Source: Vitrella brassicaformis CCMP3155
Lineage: Eukaryota; Protista; Chromerida
Length of the DNA stretch: 64,000 bases
Reading direction: 5' to 3'
NCBI GenBank assembly: GCA_001179505.1
Contig: CDMY01000415.1
Span: 1 to 64,000, forward strand
Each line of letters starts with the position of its first letter. Position 1 is the first letter of the stretch. The position numbers were made by a program, and so were the translations under genes. This document shows positions 21,293 through 32,113 of this stretch, piece by piece. The notes beneath the pieces are model-generated. The model was not told where the DNA came from, searched no databases, and was given only the letters and a program-made list of their open reading frames with translations.

Positions 21293-23198
21293 TCATGAAG
21301 ACATGTTCATGTCTATCCCTAGCCTCTTCTCCAGCAGTTCACGAAACACCTTTGTTAGCACCGCTCTATCCACGCGGTCGATCACCATCTGATGACATCA
21401 CCACACTGTCTGTATGTCGGTTGACGTCCGTTAGTGCCTGACATTCTTACATCGAGCTTCATTTGCTCCCCCGTCTCCTGGATGGTCTTTATCTGGTGCT
21501 GGAGGTCACGCCACATCTGTGTGTGCACAGTCAGCATAGAAGATTGGTTCTGCTTCAGGCATGCGTCATGTCTTGTGTGGTCACCTTTGTGTCCCTCTTC
21601 CGCAGCCACGCCTGTTGGGCGTCTCGCCCCTCGGCTGCAATCACGGGGCCACGCAGCAGAGCCTTGGTCTTCTCCATGTCAGCCTCGCTGCATTTCTTCG
21701 ACTGTAAGTCAAACTGAGGCAGAGTGCACACACGGCACAGACGTGAACCCAGCACAGCTGTGCAAGCGCGATACTGTTTCCTGGGCATACCTTCTTTGTC
21801 CACATGTCGACCTGCATGCACGTCACGGCGAACTAGCTGACGTCGATTTTGTGGTGCTCCAGTCGAGAGGCGAGACCGAGGCCGATATCTAGACCATGGA
21901 CGTCGCCGTCGCCCAAGTGGAAAACCTGCACAGACAACACAGCCGCTGCCTGTGTGTTATTGCGCGTGTCGTCTCTGTTCTTGCCGTCTTACCACCATTC
22001 GAGGGAACAGACTGAGCGCGAGTGCACGGTGTCCCGCTGGCCCTCTGTCTCGGTGGTGTGCTTACTGGCCAACACTACATCGAAGATATCCATCTGGTGA
22101 ATCCTCCGTGCAACGCCCTCCTGCTCAACGGTGGCAATGGTGAGTGCGCCACGGCCAGGCCATCTTGAATTCTCGTCTTGGAGAAGTGACACACATCTTG
22201 GAGGAGTGACACACGACCTGCAGGCGACCCATCGGGAAGCAATATCGTGCACACAGTCAGATGCTGATGTCGTGTTCTGCGTGCCTGTCGGTAACGCGTC
22301 CGTGACAGGCATTCCCCACAGGCTGTCCGGCGTGTCCGACTTGTGCATGTCCTCTGGCCGGAGGGATAGATGAGCCGTCCAGATGGTGGCAGCCGGCTCA
22401 ACGATGATGCCCAGCTGAGAAAGCGTGGCTCCGGCGATTAGTTGCATACCTGTGTGAGGAGAACATCAACACGAGAGCTGGTGTTTCGCACAGACGGTGG
22501 GATTTAATCAGACGACTGACCGCGCCTGATGACGGCCAGGCCGTCGTCGACACTCCACTTGGCGACAGTGTTCTCCAGTCGGTATTGCACCTCACGATGG
22601 GCTGGTGTGCCTACTTCGGCCAGCTGGTGCAACACACACACACCTAAAGTGAGCACCATAGACACCCCAAGCCTCCTGGATTTTGTTTGCATTTCCTGCG
22701 CCATGTCGGTGCGACCCCACCTGCCACTGCCTTTTTGATCCTCGGTGTGAGGCTTGCGCGAGGTCCCACGATCATCGCAGCATTGACATCCTACACACCA
22801 CAACACGGCGTCGCGTCCGTATGTGGGCGGCAGTGTCGCCTGCACTGTGACTAACCTCGTCCGTCATTTCTTCGTCGTCCTTGGACACAGGCACTGATGT
22901 GAAGCCCGAGAGAAGCTGTCGAACCCATGTTGGGGTCGACGGTCCACAGACGGTGGAGCGCTGCGAGACGTGCTGACACACACACACGTACGTGATGCAG
23001 ACCCGTGTGTGTTTGTGTGTGTTCGTGATTGTGCATTCCTTCCCTCTCACTGCTGACCTTCAGGCGCCCGCGGCCTCAGGAGCTCTGCCTCAGACGCGCA
23101 GGCGACTCGCAGGAGAGCTTCCCAGTCGGCAATGCCCTCGACCTTGTAATAAGCCACGGAGACTGCACCGGTAGGCTGAACCTCGACGAGGGTACCAT
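21293..23198 (-). CDS. 5'-truncated multi-exon hypothetical gene nested on the same strand inside CPSF160
   Basis: High-GC3 exons with splice sites (DGTLVEVQPTGAVSVAYYKVEG; EVQYRLENTVAKWSVDDGLAVIRR; GRGALTIATVEQEG; ...LLEKRLGIDMNMSS*) do not fit the CPSF160 motif order. No start exon was found. Confidence 0.55.
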
Positions 23199-23283
23199 CT
23201 GCACACACGATGAACCAACATTGACTGAGTGAGGGAGGGGGGGAACACCCATGGGCCGTCGTCTGTCTGTCTGTCTGTCTGAC

Positions 23284-26200
23284 TTGAAGAATGAGAGCCC
23301 CTTGAAGAGGTCCCCGATGAGCACGAAGTCCTTGATGATGGAGCAGCAGGTGATGAACGTCATGCCGTCATGGATCACACCGCCAAGCAGCTGACGCTCG
23401 CCCACCTCCTAGCATAGCAACAGCACACAGACAGACAGACAGACAGACAGACATGGTCAGTCAGAGAGATAGATAGACAGACAGAGAGAGATCCGCCCAC
23501 ACACACCTGCACAATGAGCCAGCCGGCGTGCATCACATACGAGCCGCTGGCCGCCTTGCCACTCACAGGCTCGAACCGCGTCAGCACAGACACCGGACCC
23601 TTGTAGCTGCTCTTCAGATACACACGGAAGCCGTACTGCTCCACACCCGAGGCGCCCTCCGTGCCCGCCGCTAGTGGTGGTGGTGGGTGCGGGGGGATGA
23701 CGTCCATGGCGTCGTCGGAGGGGTTGGGCAGCTGCAGGAGGTATACCTGGCCAGTCGTGTGGCCTTCCGGCTGGTCGGTGTGAAGCTGCGCGGAGCCCAC
23801 GGCCAGCAGGGTCTCGCCTGATTTGATTCAAGCAAGGCAAGAAAGAACATTGTGTTTGTGTGGAGTGGAGAGGGTTATGCATGTATGTTTGTGCACTGCA
23901 CTGCACCATAGATGCGGAGGAAGCTGAGGCTGAGCGCCTTCTCCAGAGGGCCGAACTTCCACCAACTGACAGACAACCGAGTCACAAACCCAAACCAACA
24001 AATCCAAGCCGACACAAACACAAAAGGGTCATCACATAACCCCCTAGGGCCGCCGGTGTTTCTTCCTTTCCTTCTTCTCGGCACTTACGCGCAGGGTGCA
24101 TGCAGCCCGCCATCCAGCCTGTACAGCCTCACCTCGTGCCTGTCAGTCACCCTCCTCAACCCCACACGAGCCCCAGCCCCAGCCCCCCCGTCAGACTGCA
24201 GCAGCAGCAGCCGCTCGTTGAAGGACCCCCTGAGCGACTCGGGCACATACTCACTGTCTTCATCCTCCAGGCCCGTCTTGGGCCCATGGTACGCCACCAC
24301 TGGCTCCTCGTCAGCCAGCGGGACGGCCACGGCCAGCATACCCACCGATGGGTCGCTCAGAGCCATGTGGCCGCAGGGAGAGCCCATCAGGACGGGTTGG
24401 GGATGAGTCTCAGTGGCTGCCGAAGGGGCATCAGGCTGGGGCGGCAATGGCGGCTCCTCTGTGTCTGTGTGGTCGATGACGTCCTCGGGGAGAGGAGGAG
24501 GGCAGGGGCGTGGGGGGCTGCCCAGGGGCACCTAATGGATGGATGGAAGGATGGATGGATGGCAAGAGAGAGGGAAGAGCGGAGTGTGGGTGTGCATTGC
24601 GTCCGTCCGTGTGTCCGAGCATGGATACCTTCAGTTGGGGTATTGGCTTGGCCAGGTCCCATTTGGCGATGTGCTCGACGGCAGATGAGGGGGCGACATT
24701 GCTGCTGCCGGGTGCGTCACCGTCGTTCCTCTGGGGGATGTCCAGCTCCTCAACCTACACACACAACAGACACATAACATCATCCAGAGAGAGGGGAAGG
24801 AGAGAGCACTGACGTCAATCAGTATCCGTGCTGGTTGCAGCCCTCAGTGCACTGAATGGACGCAGCTTACGTATTCCAGCCGGATCATCGATGTCGACGA
24901 CAGACTCAAGAACCTGAACAAACATACAACAGCAGCAGGCGTGAACGAAGCAGGGACGCGCAACACGCTTACGCATGGGGATAGGCCGGCGTCCTGAAGG
25001 GTGCACAAACACCTCACTCCGCCTCCCCACCACCCACCACCTCCCTCCGTCCGGGGGGCACCACAAACGCGCCCCTCTCTCCACCCACCGACACGAACGG
25101 GACCACCTTTCCTCCGCCATAGACGCCGAAGGGCACCAGCTCGCCCGTGGAGGCCTGATGCTGATAGGAGGGCATGACGGGCAGCACAATAGGGTGCATC
25201 ATGAGCTTGAAGCGGTAGGGGAATGACGGGGCGGTCTCGGGGAACTCTTCGCTCAGGTCCTGCTCCTCCTTGCCTCGGGGGGCGGCCTGTGTGCACGGTA
25301 GATGAGGATGGGTCGGCTGGGGAGGAAGACGACGAGCGTGGGGGTGCTGTCGATGTCGGTCATGTCGGCCCCCAGCTGGGAGGGGAGGGCGGGGGAGTGG
25401 TGCTGGGGGGGCTTGTTCTGCGGGAGAGGGTCGTGCGTCGACATGTGTCGCGGGGCAGCCGTGAGGTCCGTTAGCGACCGGAAGACATCCGATGCAGATA
25501 TATAGCGCTCCTCAGCATCACCTAAGGCAATGAATGAATGCACCAACGCAGCGCAGCACGGCACAGCACAACACGCAGAGGTCAGTCAGGTGAGCGACGT
25601 GTATGGGTTTGGCCTGACTGACCTGAGTGGCATGTCCGCAGGATGGGCGGGACCAGGTAGAGCTGCTCCACATAGAAGACCACCCTCTTGCTCGCCATCT
25701 CGCCCGTCACTGCCGCAAACACAGCACCCTCCTCCTCCGAGTAGCAGCTGAGCGTCATGACGTCCCCTGTCATGCAGTCGGGCAGCCCCTCCACCTCACG
25801 CAGCCCCCCTGCTGCGGCCTGGTACGCCCTCACTCGACCAGTGTCGAACAGCACGGTCACATAGGGCTCGTTGACGCACGCCTTAACGGCCAGGGAAAGG
25901 TCGTCCCCCTCGTTGAAGTCGATAGACGTCTCATTATGGGCGTCGGCCGTCAGGTCCCCCTGGTCGGTCATGGGGATGGCGCGCAGTGCGTTTGGGGTGA
26001 CCTGGACAAGGAGCCCTGTGAGCGCCCCCGCACCCACAGTGCAGCTCTCGCTGTCGATGTGGATGTCTTCGGTGACCTCCTCCAGCCGGTCGTCGTCGGC
26101 GCTCGTGGTGGCGGACCCCATGGCCAGCGCATAGGTGCGCCCCACACCCAGCCGCGCATCGCTGCTAACCAGCACGTATGCGTGACGATGAGAACCGCCC

Positions 26201-28135
26201 ACGTCATCATCACCACCACCACCACCACTGTCAGCCGCACGCCTCAGCGAGGCCTGCATGCTGATCGACGGCAGCCCATCGCTCTTGCTGACCTCGCTCC
26301 TCTCCCCTCTGGCCGTTATGTGGCCGTCGACATCACCCTCCCCTCCCACCTCGCCGTCCTCGTCTCCCCGCTTCCTCTTAACTCCCCCGCCCCGACCACC
26401 GCCCGACCGCACAGACATCTGGTGGCCCACAGGGACGGTCCAGAGGTAGCCGGCGTCCTGTAGGTCAAATTCCACGATCGAGTAGGTGGGGACGGTCCGC
26501 TGGATGGCGCAGAGGAGCGGCGGGAGTGCGGGTCTGCCCTCGAGAGTGCCGCCCATGACGGCTGCGTAGCGCATGGTGCGGAGTTCCTCGGTGCGCTCGG
26601 AGGGGAGGGCGGTCTCCATGCCCGAGATGTCGACGCGTCGCGGCCACTCGGCGAGGGTGCGGAGGCTGCCGCTGCAGTCCAGCTGGTCGACCAGTGTGAC
26701 GTCATAGTGGGAAAGCTCACAGCGGTTGGCAGACTCACGCTCATCGCAGAGAGCGATGTATTTCTCCAGCTCTCCTCTGCCTTTGACATCTTGGTCCGAA
26801 GTCATGCCGGCGACGGTTGTGTCGTCTGCCATGGCGGCCTTGAGCCTCCCAAACCACCCGTTGGCGGGCTTGACCAGCAGCCCCCCGCCTCCGTCCTCGG
26901 CCCCGCCATTATGCCACCCAGCCGCCCCGAGGCCAGCATGAAGGAAAAGAGGCGCGGCGGGGGTGCCTCGTGCCGCTGGTTTGGCGGAGAGGGGCACGAT
27001 GGTGTGCGTGTGCAGCGGTTGGGGGAAGTCGACCTTCTGCCAGAGAATGTCGATGACGCCTTCAGTGGGGTGCGTCACCTGCACAAAGAAAGAAACAAAG
27101 TGAGAGGAATCTTATATTCTTATGGGTCACCCACACCCCCACACACCAACCGCTATATTCTTATGGTTGGTGTGTGTGTGTGTGTGTGTTTGTTGCTTAC
27201 AAGGTGTAGTAGGAAGAGTGTGCCGTCCCGGAGGATGGCGATGATGCACGACGGTGTCACGTGGCTCCAGCAGAGGCCGTCCAGACGCACACCCATCTCA
27301 CTCTTGTCCCTATCAACCAACAGACATATCACAGCGCAAACCAAACATGGTAACAAGCAAGTCTGCAGACAAGCCAACGATTGAAGCTATGTACCTCACC
27401 TAACAGGAAGGGTACAGAAGTGTTGCAGCTCGCCCGTGAGCCAGGCCCCCTTGTGCGTGACCTGCACGAACCCCCCGCCTCACCCCCTGCTGTACACCAC
27501 AACCGTCGGCGAAACCACCAGGCAGCCAGCCAGCACCGACAGCGGCCTCTCGTCGCCCTCCGTCATCGACCGGGGCACCAGCGGGATCACCTCTTGAGCA
27601 GTCCATCGGGAGGTCCTCTTGCTGCACACAATCGGGGTGTGTGTATCTAGCCATTGATGGTGATGTGCTGGTTGGTTGGCTGGTAACCTACTTTGGACAT
27701 GACGGTGACTCGTTTGGCGTCACAGTCGACGGCCGCGAGCATGAGGCAGCAGGCCCCCCGACTCATCCCCAGCCGCCCGCACCACACCTGCACACACACA
27801 GGCGCATCCCTGCATGCTCACATTAATGCAGACAGACATAAGCACCGGTCGGGTTTGGACGAGCAGTGCCAGTGTGAGCTGCGAAGGACCGTCCACAAAG
27901 GCAAAGTCGACCTAAGGGCAACGGACAGACAGTTTTGTTCGTTCGGTGGTGAGCGGTTGTGTGACGTGCAGTGCAGGGGTGGCTCAGGTCAGGTCCCCCA
28001 CCCACCAGTTGGTGCACCCCCAGCTGGGCCTTGATGGCGACGGACCAGGACGCCCCCACAAACAGGTCACCAGACAAGAGCTCGTGATGCCTACACACAC
28101 ACAGACACACACACACACACACACACGGAGAGAAT

Positions 28136-28169
<34 letters not shown>

Positions 28170-28919
28170 GCCCACCATGAGCTTTTCATGCAACACACGA
28201 TAGACGTGGGGCACCTCCCTCTGTCCACCCACCCGGATAATTCGGCTTCCTTCTCGACAGCCTGGTCTTGCCTGTCCTGGATGACGTCGCCACCCAAGGC
28301 ACCTGCACTGCCGGCTCCCCGACCGCCATCGCCCTCTCCTCACTATCATCAGCCACACGCCGGAACGGCACGATGATCAGATGGTCGCCAAACAGACGCA
28401 ACGCAGCACAGCCGCAAAACACCGACTCCACGCCGTCATGCCGCTCGGATGGCTGCCTGACATACAGACAAGAAATAGAACAACAAGTGGCTGTTGGCAT
28501 TCTTGGCTTGAGTGACTCAGTCAGATGCGCACACAGACCTACCTGTTGTGTGTGTGGTTGTGCGATGCGCATGGTGGGTGCCAGCTGCGGGTGGTTGGTC
28601 ATGGCCCGGGTGAGCTCAGGCAGGTTGAATGAGTGCAGACTCAGCGTTGCAATGAACGAGCGCAGACTCAGCGTTGCAAAGTCGTTCAACTCCACGCTGT
28701 AACCGCACAGCACCAACTGAACACACACACACACACACACACACGTGTGTGCCCGTGCATAGATCTTGGAATCGCTACGCTCCACATCTCTCCCTCTTCC
28801 TTTCTGCATACCTGCCCCATTTTGAAGAGCAGCGCCACTCTGTCAGCATCGCCGCTTCCATCCCCGCCAGCCAAGAAAAACGTGATTGTGACACTCAGCA
28901 TTGAGTAAATGCCATCCAT
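23284..28919 (-). CDS. CPSF1: Cleavage and polyadenylation specificity factor 160 kDa subunit, main body (extreme N-terminus not found here)
   Basis: Collinear matches to CPSF160: ATLSLHSFNLPEL (KTLSLHYFEEPEL), CAALRLFGDHLIIVPFRR (CAAMLVYGTRLVVLPFRR), LPMDCSRVIP, EFDLQDAGYLWTV, VGAGALTGLLVQVTP, EPYVTVL, YKGPVSVL, ITCCSIIKDFVLIGDLFKGLSFF. Confidence 0.88.
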
Positions 28920-28930
28920 CCATGCAGTAG

Positions 28931-30318
28931 TCAGTCATTTGCACACGCCCCTCTCTTTTCGCCTTCAGTCTTGCTCAGCGGCGTTAATTCCCATCCCGAG
29001 GGAAGACGGATTCTGCCTGTCTGAAACCCCTCAAACATCCTGGCTACGCATGTTTTTGCTCTTGACTCGAGCACAACGCGCTTGAAGTCATCCTTCCCTT
29101 CGAAGTCTTCCTCGTCATCAAGCTCGTCGTCCCGGTCTTCCTCCCCAGCTCCCTTGAACGGCACCTCTTTGGTGAGGAAGTCGATAAGGAAGTTCGCCGC
29201 TTGATGCAACAACAGTGGTCGTTCTTGCCACACCCGATTGTTGACGAGCTCCGTCATGATACACTCCTTGCCCTTGGTCAGGAGGCCGATTACCCGATGA
29301 TCCCCTTGACCGGCAAGGTGTCTCCTGACCAGAACGACTTCAGCTCGCACCTGGCCAAGCTCTTGCGGGAGGTCGGTGCCAGGCGCTTTCACCTCGATGA
29401 CGACTGACATCGACTTCAGCACGTCTTGAACAGGCAGGGCAAGTCGGCGTTTGTTGTCATGGAACCATACGTACTCCTTTGGCACAATGCAGATGTCACC
29501 GGGAGTGCCTCGGAGGCCATGGGGTGGCACTGCATTGACGTCTTTCTCCAACTCACACTTGGACTTCCTGACATCCGCTTGAGCCCAGCAGTCACTGCCG
29601 GCGCTGTGCAGCTGGTCGAACACCTTTGGCAGAAGTTTATCTTGCATGTACTCCACGACCGCGTCCTCGTCTCCAACTGAGAGCAAACAAGAAGCCAGAA
29701 GTGGATCACGCAAAGATGGAAGCGTCAAAGTGTATTTCTCATGCCTGTTGGTGGGTCGAAATCGTTCTCCTTGCATGGCTCCTCTCTGACTTGAAACTCC
29801 CACAGTTTGGTGGTGAGGCCGAAGGTTGCGTCGTGCTGGGGAACTTCGGAGATCCGATACGATTTTACCTGCTCTCTCACAAGCACACACGAAACTCAAG
29901 ATTCCTTCGTGTGCAGTCCATGTTCGTCTATTAGTACCTCCTGACGAAGTCTGGCGATAATCGGTGTGTCCTTCTCGTCCCCACACGGTGACGGCAACAG
30001 TTCTGAAACCAACATCGCATCGTCCGCCTCTACCTCGTTGCCGTTGACGACCAGGACGATGTCAGTCACCGCCACATCGGAGCGGAGCTTGTTGTGGATG
30101 GCCGTTATCAATTCCATGCTGCAGCCGGTTCTCTCGTGGTAGTACACCCGCCATGACTTATTCCAGTCCTCAAACTTAATCCACTTGAGCGTTTCCTCCA
30201 CGGTCAGAGCTTGGAGCTGCTCTGTCACACCCTGCACGTCGACTTGCATCTCTCTTGCCTCTCCCATGTCACTCCTCGGCCGCTTCCCCTTCCCTGAGCG
30301 TCCCTCTTCCATGTCCAT
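28931..30318 (-). CDS. Crinkler/CR-type protein: ubiquitin-like header + PD-(D/E)xK restriction-endonuclease-like domain (3 coding exons, one GC-AG intron)
   Basis: Header MELITAIHNKLRSDVAVTDIVLVVNGNEVEADDAMLVSELLPSPCGDEKDTPIIARL. The nuclease-like region has TPGDICIV...VVIEVKAPG...QELGQV...VIGLLTKG. The frame is intact when spliced. Confidence 0.65.
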
Positions 30319-30749
30319 GAGGAGCGAAAGTGAGCCCTCGCCGGCTCCCAGACGACGGCACCCTGAATGCACACATACACACACACACACACACACGTGA
30401 TACACGCACACGGGCGTACACATGGCAGCTTACTGAGCTTACTGACGTTTTCTCTTCTTCTTCTTCTCCCGTTTCAGAGAGTACCCTAGGCTGCATGACG
30501 GCGAAGTCCTGTGTCGCTGACCTAACACGCAACATGCACCCTAACATGCGACACGGACACGGAACGCGCAGCACGCAGAGGGCAGAGGCAGCAAACATGC
30601 AATGCCTCGGTCGGTCGGACTCGGTTTAGGGTTTGACGAGACCTGTCCACACACCGCAAGAGGACTTGACCGTCAGGCCGCCTAGGGTGCTCCGTGAAAC
30701 CGCTGTCCCTGGGCCCGGGTGAAAAAACACGAGAAGAGCGGACCCAGAG

Positions 30750-31718
30750 GTGGTCGTACATCACCATGAGATGTTACAGGCGGAGAGATCCTTGGCGGTG
30801 CGGAGAACTCTTTGTTCCTCGTCCGCGGTTTCTTCCTCGTCCAGCGGTTTCAGGTTCATCCTCGAATCTGAAGGATTGCCGAAGGTGGAACACCCACAAG
30901 AGAAGGGTCGAGCAGCAGGCGGCCAAGGAGCCTTGGCAGCCAAGGAGAAGGGCACCAAGCCAGGCCCATACGGCCCATACTGCGTGATTTTGGTCCTCTT
31001 TTGTGCGTCTGGATTGCCGCATGGCTGATCTGTGGCCACAGAGATGTGGGTGGGCGAGGGGAGCTATGGCCCCGACTGCGAGGAGGGGAAGGACTGCAGC
31101 GCTGACGTGAATGGTCCATGGGGCGGCGAGATCTATCACGAACGGAATGGTCTATGGATGGATCTTTCTGTGGCTTCTTCTGTGTGAGCAGGTGCGTCGT
31201 TTCTCGGCCGCACTCAGGAGATCCAGGCCACTAAGCACACGAATACGGCCGCGAACAAGCACGGTACACCCAGATCTTTCTGTGCTGCACACGTGGTGCC
31301 CTCTCTCTGAGAATAATGCCTTTGTGTGCAGGTGCTGTGTTGGGTGCTGGTGAATTGTCGGCATTGCAGCAGCAGCTTCAGACCGGCATCAAACTCATCA
31401 GCGCCCCCAACGACTTGACCGCCTCAGCCATGGCGACAATCGACGACATAGAAGACCACATCCACGGCGCCACAGGTACACACCCACCCACCCACACACA
31501 CACACGACCGACCGACCGACCGATATGTCTTTCTGTCTTGCTTTGCCCGGATGAATGGACGGGCGGCTGCAGCCGACGGAGACGCATACGATCAGCCTGT
31601 CCGTGCGGCCGTACATGTGCAACAGGCGGCTGCCCGACGGGTATATGTGACACTGGACGGACGGGCAGTCTCACTGCAGACTTTTCATCGTGACTCATCT
31701 GCATCTCCATGTTGCTGA
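30750..31718 (+). CDS. Possible small spliced hypothetical gene (conflicts with a minus-strand model)
   Basis: Three successive phase-1 GT-AG introns keep the frame GASFLGRTQEIQATKH...ELSALQQQLQTGIKLISAP...SPCC*. The first exon and start could not be joined cleanly. Confidence 0.3.
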
Positions 31719-31980
31719 AGCACGCATGAAGCCCTGCGCAGCAGAACGCATCCAAACACCGTCCAGAAAGCCCATAGACGTCGTGTGTCGCTGCTCACTG
31801 ACCTCTGCGCTGAGCGGGAGCCGAGAGGCTGTCGTAGCGTTCGAGCAGCATGGCGCCTGACACCGACTCATCAGTCCCCTCCTCCTGCTTGACCGCGCTG
31901 TGGCGTGCTGCACTCGACGCGGAGGCAGACTGAATGCCGCCAATGGGCGGTTGTTGACCCACTGACGGATCCCCAGACAT
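31592..31980 (-). CDS. Minus-strand 5' exons divergent from RPT3; candidate displaced CPSF160 N-terminus
   Basis: ATG at 31980, a clean 69-nt intron (31802-31734), and a high-GC3 exon [21 protein letters not shown] resembling CPSF160 HPPTGLEFSMYC...RNLVV. The model needs an unusually short 22-nt intron. Confidence 0.4.
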
Positions 31981-32113
31981 CTCTGCTGAAGCTGGGAAGT
32001 CAACAAAACTGGCGATCGGCAATAAGCTCGCCCACCTGCGTACGCGTGCCTGCCCCTGTGAGTCCACCCCCAGAACAAAACCTGCTGTGCTGCCCCAGGT
32101 TGAAAGCTTGAAG

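Noticed and set aside
21113-23194. Autonomous transposon inside CPSF160
   Set aside because: No transposase, reverse transcriptase, TIR or poly(A) tail was recognised. It is reported only as an insertion of unknown mechanism.
25627-26463. 278-aa plus-strand ORF
   Set aside because: It is the antisense shadow of the 500-aa CPSF160 exon.
30625-30640. tttagggttt as a telomere seed
   Set aside because: It is a single unit, which is expected by chance.
31430-31445. In-frame TGA in the candidate CPSF160 N-terminal frame as selenocysteine or readthrough
   Set aside because: No SECIS evidence, CPSF160 is not a known selenoprotein, and all other genes here use TGA as stop.
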